Shown here: one piece after another, positions 1 to 10,006 of the stretch | Layout: each line of letters begins with the position of its first letter | How positions within the stretch are numbered: the first letter of the stretch is position 1 | Assembly (NCBI GenBank): GCA_019057385.1 | Contig: JAHQJS010000007.1 | Span: forward strand, 64,001 to 128,000 | DNA length: 64,000 nt | Direction: 5' to 3' | Source of the DNA: Candidatus Borrarchaeum weybense | GTDB lineage: Archaea; Asgardarchaeota; Sifarchaeia; Borrarchaeales; Borrarchaeaceae | The notes under the pieces: model-generated | Databases searched by the model: none | What the model was told of the DNA's origin: nothing | Seen by the model: only the letters and a program-made list of their open reading frames with translations | Made by a program: the position numbers and the translations under genes

Positions 1-2
1 TA

Positions 3-812
3 ACACAGCCACTATTCGACCGCGTATACGGATCTATTGCAATGTCAGGGACAATGCAACCTTTAAATGCGTTTGCAGATGTCGTTGGGCTGAATACCCC
101 TCTTTACGAAGCGTTTAGTTCACCATACAATACCGATAATTTTCTTGTTCTTGGAGTTTCGAAACTCCATAGCAAAGGAGGAGGTAGGAAAATGCTCCTA
201 GGAATGCAAAATGCCTATGTTGATAGGCTCACAGAGGTAATAAGAAATACAGATGGAAATATAGGTGTTTTCTGCGCATCTTATGACATTTTAAGTTTGT
301 TGGAAACCCCATTATCAAAAAAAGTCGATGAACTTGGAAAATTTCTTTTTGTTGAACAAGCTAATATGCCATCCTATCTTAGTGAAAGAATGGTAGGAGA
401 ATTCAAAAAATTTGGCGATCTTGGGGGAGCTGTATTATTGGGTGTAATGGGAGGTAGGAACTCAGAAGGTCAAGACTTTCCAGGAAGGACCATGTCGTCC
501 GTATGCATTGTGGGTGTTCCTTTTTCACAGTTTAATATTAGAACTAAGCTAGAAATCCAGTATTATGAGCGTGCTTTCCCAAGAAAAGGAAGACTCTACG
601 CTTACATCATACCTGCTATGCGACGAGCAGCACAGGCAGCTGGAAGAGTTATTCGATCCTTATCAGATCGGGGTATCATCATCTTTATGGATCAGCGTTA
701 CCTCTACCGTACCTATAACAGATTTTTGCCGTTATGGTTACGAGAAAATATGAAACAGGTGAATATCAAACCTGGTAATTTAGGCAAAAAAGTAATAAGC
801 TTTTTTAATTAG
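3..812 (+). CDS. XPD/Rad3/DinG-family helicase, C-terminal part (5' end outside window)
   Basis: MSGT motif III, GGRNSEGQDF motif V, VGVPF, QAAGRVIRS motif VI, MDQRY; frame is open back to the window edge. Confidence 0.9.
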   Translation, partial: TQPLFDRVYGSIAMSGTMQPLNAFADVVGLNTPLYEAFSSPYNTDNFLVLGVSKLHSKGGGRKMLLGMQNAYVDRLTEVIRNTDGNIGVFCASYDILSLLETPLSKKVDELGKFLFVEQANMPSYLSERMVGEFKKFGDLGGAVLLGVMGGRNSEGQDFPGRTMSSVCIVGVPFSQFNIRTKLEIQYYERAFPRKGRLYAYIIPAMRRAAQAAGRVIRSLSDRGIIIFMDQRYLYRTYNRFLPLWLRENMKQVNIKPGNLGKKVISFFN

Positions 813-866
813 CCTTCATGGTTTTTTCAAAATCATCTCTTTATAAACAAACTGAGCTCATTTTTT

Positions 867-1403
867 ATGATGATAGAAATGACTATTGAGGAAATTCTGA
901 AAAGAGAAATTGAATATTACGAGCAAAAACGTTACAAAAAAGCTGCAAAGGAATACAGGAAGCCCGTATATGACGAGCCGATAACTTATATGGCATGGTA
1001 TAATTTAGGATTAGATCACTTTGAATTAGGTGAGTTCAGTAAAGCGATTAATTGTTATCGAAAAGCCTTGGAACATAATCCTGAAGCTGAAGATGTATGG
1101 AACAGCATGGGATTAGCTTTTGGAGCAATGGGTGAACACAAAAAAGAAATTGACTGTTATCAAAAGGCGTTGAAACTTAATTCAAAGAATGCGGATACAT
1201 GGTACAACATGGGAGTCGCCTATTATGAGTCTGGAGAACCCAAGAAGGCGATTGAATATCAGAAAAAAGCAGTAAAAATTGATCCAGAACATGTTTTCGC
1301 ATGGCTCTCTATGGCAGGAGCATATGGACAGCTGGGAGATAGAATCAAAGTCGATGAATGCCAAGAAAAGGCAGCGGAATTTCTTAGATTTAATGCGATT
1401 TAG
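867..1403 (+). CDS. TPR repeat protein
   Basis: Repeated WYN(L/M)G...A...Y.KAL..NP TPR consensus. Confidence 0.9.
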   Translation: MMIEMTIEEILKREIEYYEQKRYKKAAKEYRKPVYDEPITYMAWYNLGLDHFELGEFSKAINCYRKALEHNPEAEDVWNSMGLAFGAMGEHKKEIDCYQKALKLNSKNADTWYNMGVAYYESGEPKKAIEYQKKAVKIDPEHVFAWLSMAGAYGQLGDRIKVDECQEKAAEFLRFNAI

Positions 1404-1558
1404 TTCATATTCTCTCTTATGCTTTCATTCCTAATTTTCAGGAACTTCTATTATAAGTGAATGCCTGTCGAATCAGATAATGTTATATAATTTTCTGACA
1501 GATTATTTGAAAATCTAAAAAGTTCTTTACTTGATTTTTTGAAAATGGAGATGAACAT

Positions 1559-1984
1559 ATGCCTATTAAGAATGGGGATAAGATAAAAGTCGAATACACT
1601 GGAACGCTTGAAGATGGAACTGTTTTTGACACGTCAGAAGGAAGAGAGCCATTAGAATTCCAAGCAGGTTCCGGACAGGTTATAAAAGGATTTGATAACG
1701 CAGTAATTGGGATGGAAGTTGGAGAAGAAAAAAAGGTCGAAATGCCTCCATCAGAAGCTTATGGTGAGTATGATCCAAATCTTATAAAGAAAATACCATT
1801 GGACAAACTACCACCAGGAGAAGAACCCAAGCCAGGAATGGTGCTCGAATTAAGAACCTCGGACGGAATAGGCTTCCCTGCAAGAATAACAGAAGTAGCT
1901 GAAAAAGAGATAACTATTGATTTAAATCATCCATTGGCTGGAAAGACCTTGATTTTTGAAATAAAAGTCTTAGATATTTCCTAA
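1559..1984 (+). CDS. slyD: FKBP-type peptidyl-prolyl isomerase (SlyD-like)
   Basis: YTGTLEDGTVFDTS, EAYGE, IF insertion domain, DLNHPLAGKTL. Confidence 0.92.
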   Translation: MPIKNGDKIKVEYTGTLEDGTVFDTSEGREPLEFQAGSGQVIKGFDNAVIGMEVGEEKKVEMPPSEAYGEYDPNLIKKIPLDKLPPGEEPKPGMVLELRTSDGIGFPARITEVAEKEITIDLNHPLAGKTLIFEIKVLDIS

Positions 1985-2021
1985 TTCTTTATTTTTCATC
2001 ATTCCATATTTATAATATTCT

Positions 2022-2269
2022 CCACAAGAAGACCCCTCAACTTGTTGGGGGGATGAATTGCATTACTTGTTTCACTTTCACAACAGTCTCTAACCTTTAA
2101 ATAGCTATGTGCACATAACAAGTAGGCAGAATTGAGCTGAGGTCATACTCGCCGGTTCTCAAAATAACATCACGTTCAGGGCAGGGACTGCCCGTAGAGC
2201 CTGTTTGACATGTCCCGTTGGGGAATGGATGATTCAGGAAGCCAGCCTACTTGTAGGGTGGTAGTTCAC
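2022..2269 (+). mobile_element. Non-autonomous IS200/IS605 (TnpB-type) element: left end + omegaRNA right end, no ORF
   Basis: Left end CAAGAAGACCCCTCAACTTGTT..GGGGGATGAATTGC matches 17339-17376; 2176-2269 matches 18589-18682 with 4 mismatches in 94 nt; ends TTCAC. Left boundary approximate. Confidence 0.9.
2176..2269 (+). ncRNA. TnpB omegaRNA (reRNA) scaffold, stand-alone copy
   Basis: Near-identical to the tnpB 3' end/right end at 18589-18682; the guide would be the flank from 2270. Confidence 0.75.
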
Positions 2270-2871
2270 TCTGATGAAAATATTCCTGAAGAAAGAAGCG
2301 TAGGTAAGCCTTTTAAGTTGGAGATCACAGTAAATCCGCTTCCATGTCTATTTGGGTCATAGAAGTTCTTTCTATCTATAAGAACAGCATTGCATCCGAG
2401 TTCAAGTGCTGAATAGACATCATTTAATTTATCGCCAATGACGAGGACTTCAGTAGCATGTAATTGGACATTCGATAAAATTAACTTGATTTGACCAATT
2501 CTAGTCGCCTCATCGTCCCTTGTAGCAATGGGTATACCTTGTATACCTAGTCTTTCAATAATTATTCGAGTTACATTTGCACCTTGAAATGTCACCACTC
2601 CAAGTCTGTATTTAGATGATAACTCTCTTAACAGTTCAGGTGAGTCATCTAGAAATTCAAGTTGACTAAGGGAAGCGAGTTCATATTCTTCAATGGTTCT
2701 CGATACTACTTCAAATTTTTCAGTATCCCAAATCCTCGTAACAAGTTCCAACAACGACTTAAACTCTACTCCTAACAAGTCTTCAATACGACTAACTACT
2801 TTCCCCCAGTCTATTGAAAGGTGAACTAACGTTCTATCCAAGTCGAAGATTATACCTTGGACTTTAGACAT
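2266..2871 (-). CDS. HAD-superfamily hydrolase
   Basis: IIFDLDRTLV motif I, VIGDKLND motif IV. Confidence 0.88.
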   Translation of the reverse strand: MSKVQGIIFDLDRTLVHLSIDWGKVVSRIEDLLGVEFKSLLELVTRIWDTEKFEVVSRTIEEYELASLSQLEFLDDSPELLRELSSKYRLGVVTFQGANVTRIIIERLGIQGIPIATRDDEATRIGQIKLILSNVQLHATEVLVIGDKLNDVYSALELGCNAVLIDRKNFYDPNRHGSGFTVISNLKGLPTLLSSGIFSSE

Positions 2872-2887
2872 GATTTTTCACCACGAT

Positions 2888-3169
2888 TTAAACCTTTAAA
2901 TGAATTTTCATTACATAAAGTACGCTAAAAGATAACCCCGTCCAAATGAGCCAATCAAGAATTAAAAAATGCCAAATAATGACTTTCGGTGCTCCAGGAT
3001 AGACAACTTGTTTTAACCACGGCAGGGGGTATCCCCAATACCCAACTCCAAGGAGACTTGGAGGTATATTTGGCAACAAACCCGAAAAACTTGTTATGAT
3101 TCCTCCTATGATAAGTGAGGGGAGAACTAGTCTTTTTAAAAAGGTCATGTTGATTGTCATAATCATCAC
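2888..3169 (-). CDS. Small membrane protein (GYPLPW motif)
   Basis: Two hydrophobic helices around a W-G-Y-P-L-P-W loop. Confidence 0.6.
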   Translation of the reverse strand: MMIMTINMTFLKRLVLPSLIIGGIITSFSGLLPNIPPSLLGVGYWGYPLPWLKQVVYPGAPKVIIWHFLILDWLIWTGLSFSVLYVMKIHLKV

Positions 3170-3324
3170 TAGAAAAGGAAACTCAAAGGAAATTTCTCAC
3201 AATATTTGAGAAATCTTTTTAATTCAAGTATCGTCAGTGGATACCAGACTATTTCAACCTATCTTTGTGTTGATCGCCCCGCTCCGGGGTGCTTTCAACT
3301 TTAATTGACTGCTAATGACTTTAA

Positions 3325-4950
3325 ATGCAAAATTGGATCGTGATTATCCTGAAAAAACGACCAGATGGGCGTAAAATCGTCTTAACTTCTTCAGCTATCG
3401 AACTTTCTGGCTTTAGACGCAACCCCTTTTTCGCATTCGTCGCTTCGTTCCCTAAAGGATTCTTGCCTTTATCTTTCTGTAGGAAATATTACCCGCCAGT
3501 TCTAAAGAAAGACGTTGCTCCTTCAGAAAAAGGGATCACTCATTATGCGCCATACGGATTAAGAAAAGTAGAAGCGAGTTTAATAGACAATGGAGGCTTT
3601 GATGAGTCAGATGTTGTGTGTGTCCATCCATACTATCTTGATAAATTTGTTGGACCAAAAACAAAAGTTGTCGGAATAAGTGCCATGGAGTCTCTTGGGT
3701 TAGCTTACGTGAGTTTAACGTACTCGAACTTGTTGCGCACTTTTGGCGACATGAGTTCGATATCATTAAACGCCATTGAATTTCAGAAACTGTGTCACAA
3801 TAAGGCTTTACGCACATTCAGACCAAAGGTCATCGTAGGAGGGGCAGGGGCGTGGCAATTAAAGGGAACTAAGACGCGGAAGTTTCTTGGCGTCGATTCT
3901 GTAATGATTGGCGAGGGCGATAAAGAAGTACCAAAACTTTTTAGAACAGCTGCTGAGGGTAAGGAAATCCCCCCTGTAGTGTACACATCATCCCCAGAGG
4001 AAGACGACATTCCAGTAATCAAACATGCATCCATCTATGGAAATGTTGAGATTTCAAGAGGTTGTGGAAGACATTGCCAGTTCTGTACGCCAACCATGCA
4101 GAAACGCCGCGATGTCCCAATGTCAAAAATAATCGCAGAAGTTGAGGTTAATGTTAAAGAAGGAGCAGATATGATTACGACCGCCACAGAAGATGCCTTA
4201 CTCTACAAATGCAAAGATAAGAAATTCATGCCGAATGAAGACGCTGTAATAGGGTTATTTAAAAAACTCGCTAGTTATGATCAGATACAAAGCATTCAGC
4301 CTGCCCATATTAGTTTGGCACCTGTTGTTGCAGTACCAAAATTGATAGACGAGTTATCTAACATCTTACTTGAGAAGAGCTACTATAAGCATAACGGAAA
4401 ACCAAAAATAGCAGTAGAAACAGGCATTGAGACTGGGAGTACTCGCCTAATGGAAAAATACATGCGTGGAAAGATGCTTCCATTTAAACCTGAAGAGTGG
4501 CCAGAAATTGTAACTCAAGCATATGGTATTTTAAACGATAATGATTGGGTTCCTTTGTCAACTTTGATTGTAGGATTTCCCGAAGAAACGGAAGAGGATA
4601 CAATCAAAACTCTTGAACTTATTGATGATTTAAAATCATATACATCCTTTTTTGTTCCTCTGTTATTTGTTCCACTTGATAAATGTATTTTACAAAATGA
4701 GAGAGGCGCAGATCTAGATTCTCTATCTGATTTGCAATGGGAGTTTTTATCGAGATGTTGGAGATATAATGTGAAAATTTGGAAAGATACTTGGTTTAGC
4801 TTTGAAAGTTTCTATAGAAAAGTGCTACATAGTTCTCTCGCCAAAGTTATGTTTCCATTTATTGGAGCTGCTGCGTATCTTACATGGTTTAGAGGAAGAT
4901 CAGGCGCCCAGTATTACAAAAAATTTATCTTTGAGGCTTCCCGAATTTAG
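3325..4950 (+). CDS. Radical SAM protein with B12-binding-like N-terminus (start probably near 3340)
   Basis: RGCGRHCQFC CxxxCxxC, IVGGAG, GIETGS. Confidence 0.88.
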   Translation: MQNWIVIILKKRPDGRKIVLTSSAIELSGFRRNPFFAFVASFPKGFLPLSFCRKYYPPVLKKDVAPSEKGITHYAPYGLRKVEASLIDNGGFDESDVVCVHPYYLDKFVGPKTKVVGISAMESLGLAYVSLTYSNLLRTFGDMSSISLNAIEFQKLCHNKALRTFRPKVIVGGAGAWQLKGTKTRKFLGVDSVMIGEGDKEVPKLFRTAAEGKEIPPVVYTSSPEEDDIPVIKHASIYGNVEISRGCGRHCQFCTPTMQKRRDVPMSKIIAEVEVNVKEGADMITTATEDALLYKCKDKKFMPNEDAVIGLFKKLASYDQIQSIQPAHISLAPVVAVPKLIDELSNILLEKSYYKHNGKPKIAVETGIETGSTRLMEKYMRGKMLPFKPEEWPEIVTQAYGILNDNDWVPLSTLIVGFPEETEEDTIKTLELIDDLKSYTSFFVPLLFVPLDKCILQNERGADLDSLSDLQWEFLSRCWRYNVKIWKDTWFSFESFYRKVLHSSLAKVMFPFIGAAAYLTWFRGRSGAQYYKKFIFEASRI

Positions 4951-5023
4951 TTTATTTCAAAAAGTCGATTATTTAGATAATAACTCATTTTAGAGGTTAA
5001 AAACTCCAAAAATGTGAAATTGA

Positions 5024-5770
5024 ATGAAAAATCTCATCCAGCTTCGTCGATATTATGAAAGAGAAGGAGAAATTCAAAATCATCAAGAATTATTGTTTTT
5101 AAAAACGTCTAACGTTTTTTTGATGCATGAACAAAGATATCGACTTTTAGAAACGCTAAAACTCGTCCCACATTCCAAGAATCTTTTAGATATTGGATGT
5201 GGGGAAGGTTTAATGACAAATCTATTCCAAGCAGATTTGAAAGTAGGGATAGATATTTCGGCTAATAAAATTAAAAGGGCTAGAAAAAAGAAGGCCATTC
5301 ACTACATTGTTGCAGACGCACATCATCTGCCTTTTAAAGAAAAATACTTTGACACATCGATTTGTACAGAAACACTGGAACACTTAGCATCTCCAGAAAT
5401 GGTTTTTCAAGAAATGAGTAGCGTAACATCGCAATATATAATCTTAAGTATTCCCTTGATTTCTTTTATTGAAAATACTCTCTTAAGAATGCAAGATACC
5501 AGTATAGGCTTTAATGAGATAGGAAAAGGTCACTTAAGGGTCTATGATAAAAAATCCCTGAAAAAAGAGTTAGAGAGTCTGGAGCATTTTAAAATAAAGA
5601 AAGTCAAGTGTGGGTGCTTTGGCTTTCATAATCTTCTTAGAATAGTGCTTGGAGGCTTGATGAGCGTTAATTTTTCTCTTAAAATATGCACACTTTTTGA
5701 CAAAACACTCTCAAGATTTTTACCCTTTAGATCTAAACATTTAATTCTTTCATTGAAAGCAACTAAATGA
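5024..5770 (+). CDS. Class I SAM-dependent methyltransferase
   Basis: LLDIGCGEG, GIDIS, ADAHHLPF, ETLEHL. Confidence 0.88.
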   Translation: MKNLIQLRRYYEREGEIQNHQELLFLKTSNVFLMHEQRYRLLETLKLVPHSKNLLDIGCGEGLMTNLFQADLKVGIDISANKIKRARKKKAIHYIVADAHHLPFKEKYFDTSICTETLEHLASPEMVFQEMSSVTSQYIILSIPLISFIENTLLRMQDTSIGFNEIGKGHLRVYDKKSLKKELESLEHFKIKKVKCGCFGFHNLLRIVLGGLMSVNFSLKICTLFDKTLSRFLPFRSKHLILSLKATK

Positions 5771-6244
5771 TTCTATTTCAGCAATATACTTTAAGAATGA
5801 TAAATAATCAAAAAAAGATACGTTTACGAAGCATGAGATTTAAAAATGTAAAGTTTTAAGTAGTAGTTAAGTTCTTTGTGGAACACTTACAGTGATAGTT
5901 TTTATGGAACTTGATTTAATTAGTTTATTTATACATTCGATTTAAACTAAAAATTATTATTAAAAATTCTAATAGAAGAATCTCTAGCCGTTACTCCTCG
6001 TTTAACATAAGTGTTATTCATCAATTAAAATTTATGTTTTCGTTTTGGTATTTTAAAGAATAATTTGTCACCATACAAAATATTTATGTAACTATTACGC
6101 TCTTATGGTAATGCTTATCAAGCACACATTGGAAAACAACGAATTATTCTTTAAATTTAAGGTCTTGTTATATCATTCAAATATTCTTTTAGAAAAATAT
6201 TTTTGATATAATTTTCTTAAGGCTAATACTATTGCTATAATACT

Positions 6245-7213
6245 ATGGCTATAATTTATCTAAAGGGAGGCAATTATTTGATAACTGTAGTGTCTGGAGG
6301 TCTTAGGACGACCAGGTTTCTAGAAGGGCTTTTACGCGTGATGCCGCAAGACGAGTTAGCAATTATTGCAAACACTTTAAACAATGTAAATGTCGTGGGA
6401 TTAGCTATATATCCAGATCTTGAATATTTAATATTTCTCCTAGCCGGAAAACTCGATATTCGGTACTGGGAGACCGTACAAAATGATACTTACAGTTTTA
6501 TGAACGCCTTCTCTTATTTGCTGAACAATGAAGACTTATGGTTTCGTTTTGGGGATATACTATTTTCCCACGTAATCGTTCGCAAACATCTTATGGCAAC
6601 TGGAAAGTCATTTTCGGAAGCAATTGAAATAATCACGCAGAAACTTGGCATAGCAGCGAAAGTAATTCCTATGACGAGTGATGATGTTGTTTTTAAAGTA
6701 AGCACGGACCAGGGAGATCTACCCTTTTTAGAATACAGGAACAAGGAACTCCAAGGGCTTATAAAGGAAGTAAAAAAGATAGAATATGATGGAATCGATA
6801 AGGCAAAACCTAATTCAAAAATTGAAGAAACACTGTCAAAAAGTGATGCAATAGTAATAGGTCCAAGTAATCCACCTTTAAACATTGAGCCTATGCTAGC
6901 TTTTCAAGATATTAAGAATGCAATAGAAAAAGCACATTGCAGTGTTATTGCAATTAGTCCAGTGCTTGGCGACGAACCCATTGATCAACCTATGAGACGA
7001 CTTATAGAGGAAGCGATAGGAATTGGTACGTCAATAATTAATATAGTTGAACGCTACCCAGGACTTATCGATACTTTAGTTATTGATGAAAATGACGAAA
7101 AATATAAGCAAGAGCTTGAAGATATGGGTATGGAAGTAATTGTTACAAAGGTTAGAATTGGAACTCAAGAAAATAGAACAAAACTTGCTGAAATTGTTAC
7201 GAAACTGATTTGA
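6245..7213 (+). CDS. 2-phospho-L-lactate transferase (CofD)-like protein, divergent
   Basis: YPDL, PMTSDDV, IGPSNP and AISPVLG match the CofD/UPF0052 layout; N-terminal motifs are degenerate. Confidence 0.8.
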   Translation: MAIIYLKGGNYLITVVSGGLRTTRFLEGLLRVMPQDELAIIANTLNNVNVVGLAIYPDLEYLIFLLAGKLDIRYWETVQNDTYSFMNAFSYLLNNEDLWFRFGDILFSHVIVRKHLMATGKSFSEAIEIITQKLGIAAKVIPMTSDDVVFKVSTDQGDLPFLEYRNKELQGLIKEVKKIEYDGIDKAKPNSKIEETLSKSDAIVIGPSNPPLNIEPMLAFQDIKNAIEKAHCSVIAISPVLGDEPIDQPMRRLIEEAIGIGTSIINIVERYPGLIDTLVIDENDEKYKQELEDMGMEVIVTKVRIGTQENRTKLAEIVTKLI

Positions 7214-8493
7214 AGACGTTCTTGCAGCCCTCCTGTAATAATTGGGGTCCTTTTATGAGAAAAATATCCATAACTGTTCCTACTGAAGACACTAAAAAGG
7301 TAATAGAAATCCTTGAAGAAACAGGTTACGAGTTTTCGGTTATTGAAGGAAAGGACACCAGTGCGATCTATTTAGCGGTTCATACGGATGATGTCGGTCC
7401 CCTTATCACCGAACTCCAGAAAGAAGGGATAGGTCGTGTAACCGGAACTGTATATGTATCGCAAGCCGAGTTGGTAATCCCCTATAAACAGCACAAAATG
7501 AATACAACTGGAGCTAAGCGCATTGCAATTGAGGAATTATACAGAGATGTAGAAGAAAGTTCAAAACTAGACAGAAATTATATTATTTTTATTGCCCTTT
7601 CTGCAATTTTAGCGAGCCTTGGACTTCTTGCCAATAATGTCGTCGCAGTTATTGCTAGCATGGTGATTGCTCCCCTTATGGGTCCTATTATAGGTACATC
7701 ACTCGGAACTGTTCTAAGTGATAGGAAATTATTTAAAGAGGGTCTAAAAGCAGAAATATTTGGTTTATTGCTCTCAATCGCTGCAGGTTTTGTTATAGGC
7801 TATTTATATCCTGAAGCAGAAGTCACTTCTGAAATCTTGTTAAGGGCTTCTCCGACACTTTTTGACGTAGGTCTTGCTGTTGTCAGTGGATCAGCAGCTG
7901 CAATATGCTTCACTAGTGGAATAGCTACAGCATTAGTTGGAATTGCTATTGCAGCCGCACTCATGCCACCAGCGGTAAATGTAGGTCTTGGTTTGGCACT
8001 CCAACGATATGATATAGCTCTTGGATCTGCTCTCTTACTATTAACAAACGTTTTTAGCATTAATATCACCGCATTGGCAGTTTTTTGGCTTAAAGATGTG
8101 AAACCAACTCTTTCATTGCGCAGAAAAAAACTCGCAAAAGGATTACTTAAAAAACGAGGTCTCCTCGTTATAATTGCAATTCTTGTTCTTTGCCTCCCAA
8201 TTGGGATTACAACCTATAATGCGATCATACAAAACAGCGTACAGAGAACAACAACACGGATTGTTGAAGAAGAAATTACAAAAATCCCAGGGGCTGAAGT
8301 AGCGGAAATTGATACGCTTCTTAATTTGCAACGGAGAAACTTGTTTGTGGAAATCAAAGTAGATAGTGAAAGACCTGTAGGAGTTGAAGTAGCACAAACT
8401 ATCGCAGAACGCATAACGCAGGAGACTGGTTTCGAGACAACAGTTGAAATCCGAACGTTTCTAGTACAAAGCGTGCGCTATAACCCCTCTTGA
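7210..8493 (+). CDS. DUF389 / TIGR00341 membrane protein (start probably 7255)
   Basis: VIASMVIAPLMGPI and LVGIAIAAALMPPA signatures. Confidence 0.88.
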   Translation: MKTFLQPSCNNWGPFMRKISITVPTEDTKKVIEILEETGYEFSVIEGKDTSAIYLAVHTDDVGPLITELQKEGIGRVTGTVYVSQAELVIPYKQHKMNTTGAKRIAIEELYRDVEESSKLDRNYIIFIALSAILASLGLLANNVVAVIASMVIAPLMGPIIGTSLGTVLSDRKLFKEGLKAEIFGLLLSIAAGFVIGYLYPEAEVTSEILLRASPTLFDVGLAVVSGSAAAICFTSGIATALVGIAIAAALMPPAVNVGLGLALQRYDIALGSALLLLTNVFSINITALAVFWLKDVKPTLSLRRKKLAKGLLKKRGLLVIIAILVLCLPIGITTYNAIIQNSVQRTTTRIVEEEITKIPGAEVAEIDTLLNLQRRNLFVEIKVDSERPVGVEVAQTIAERITQETGFETTVEIRTFLVQSVRYNPS

Positions 8494-8499
8494 TGAAGT

Positions 8500-9900
8500 T
8501 CATTGCAGCAGTGTTATAACATCGAGATAATGCTCTTTTTTTGCATAATCAAGAGCTGTATCCCCATTCTTATCTTTGATATTTTTATCAGCTTTATATT
8601 CTAATAGAAGTTTTACAATCTCAGGGGCATTCTTCCAAGATGCTAAAATCAGAGGTGTTTCTCCCTTTTCTTTACCTTTTACATTAACTTCTGAGCCAGT
8701 TTCTAACAAAAGCTTTACAACATCTGTAAAACCTTCAGAAGCAGCTTGCATTAATGCATTCCAGTTCATTTCATTTTTTGCTTGAATATCAGCACCTTTT
8801 TCCAATAAAAGTTTAGCCACTTTATAGCTTCCTTCATAGGCTGCAAATAGCAATGGTGTGTTCCCAGAAGAATCTCTAACTTCAAGATCAGCACCATTAT
8901 CAATTAGAAATTCAGCAATTTCTATGTAATCATAGCGTGCAGCTTTCATCAGTGGATTTTCTGCGGCTCCATAGTCACCGCCATTTATATCAGCACCATG
9001 ATCAACCAAGAACTTAATTACCTCAAACTGACCCGTATATGCTGCTTCTCTTAATGCATGATTGGTGTAATCCAAATCTTCATTTAAGTCAAGACCATGT
9101 TCAATGAGATATTCTATCAAGTCTATGTATCCAAATTCGGCAGCATAAGAAAGCACACTCGTGCCAAATCTTTCCTTATGCTTTATATCAGCTCCTTGTT
9201 CTAGTAAGTAAAGAATAAGATCTTTATTATCCTTCTCTCTCAATGCTTCCTCAAGTGCAGAGTTCATTTCATCCTGTTTTGCAAGTAAATCGTCTGCGTG
9301 ATCTTTAAATAATTTAACCAAATCTAACCTTTTACTTGATATTGCCCTCTTTAAAGCTGTTTCATCGAAAGAACCTTCAGTCTCAAGGTTAGTACCATAT
9401 TCTAGTAGGAGTTTTGCTATTTCAATATCAAATCCATCATGCCAAATTGAATCAAGGAGAGGATTTTCCTCTGCCTCATTGAGAGCGTTGGGATCTGCCC
9501 CATTTTCCAATAATAATTTAACTATTTCAAATTTATTTTGAGACTGACCACCAGGAGATGATGCATAATGGAGAGGAGTTCGATCGTATTCTCCCTTTAG
9601 ATTCACATCAGCACCAGCATCTATTAGAAGTTTTACAATTTTAAGATGTCCGTACATGCTTGCATAAGTTAGGGGAGTATCTTTACTATAGTTTCCTCCC
9701 TTGTTAACATCAGCACCATGATCTACAAGATATTTGGCGATTTCAAACGAGCCGTCACGACCACATACCATAAGCAATGCAGTTTTGCCCCACACACCAT
9801 CATAATCCACATTCGCGCCGCCTTCTATAGCTTCCTTGACTTTTTCCAAGTCTTTATCATCCGCTCCAAATATGAGGTGATTATTAAAATCGACTATCAT
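8500..9900 (-). CDS. Ankyrin repeat protein
   Basis: Many TPLxxA...G...V.LL...GAD repeats. Confidence 0.95.
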   Translation of the reverse strand: MIVDFNNHLIFGADDKDLEKVKEAIEGGANVDYDGVWGKTALLMVCGRDGSFEIAKYLVDHGADVNKGGNYSKDTPLTYASMYGHLKIVKLLIDAGADVNLKGEYDRTPLHYASSPGGQSQNKFEIVKLLLENGADPNALNEAEENPLLDSIWHDGFDIEIAKLLLEYGTNLETEGSFDETALKRAISSKRLDLVKLFKDHADDLLAKQDEMNSALEEALREKDNKDLILYLLEQGADIKHKERFGTSVLSYAAEFGYIDLIEYLIEHGLDLNEDLDYTNHALREAAYTGQFEVIKFLVDHGADINGGDYGAAENPLMKAARYDYIEIAEFLIDNGADLEVRDSSGNTPLLFAAYEGSYKVAKLLLEKGADIQAKNEMNWNALMQAASEGFTDVVKLLLETGSEVNVKGKEKGETPLILASWKNAPEIVKLLLEYKADKNIKDKNGDTALDYAKKEHYLDVITLLQ

Positions 9901-10006
9901 AATAGTTTGCTTTTTAGCTAATAGGTTATAACTCTAATGGTGCCTAGACAATTCCACTAGCGCCTTTCAGTCCTATCTGTTGGAAGAAGGATTCCTGTCG
10001 AATCAG

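Noticed and set aside
3272-3308. GC hairpin GCCCCGCTCCGGGGT followed by ATTGAC
   Set aside because: Resembles an IS end only weakly; too short, with no partner end
5771-6244. Very AT-rich 470-bp intergenic region as a replication origin
   Set aside because: No ORB-like repeats and no adjacent cdc6/orc1
1464-10006. 13-mer CCTGTCGAATCAG at 1464 and 9994, both intergenic
   Set aside because: Only two copies, in dissimilar contexts; cannot be distinguished from chance
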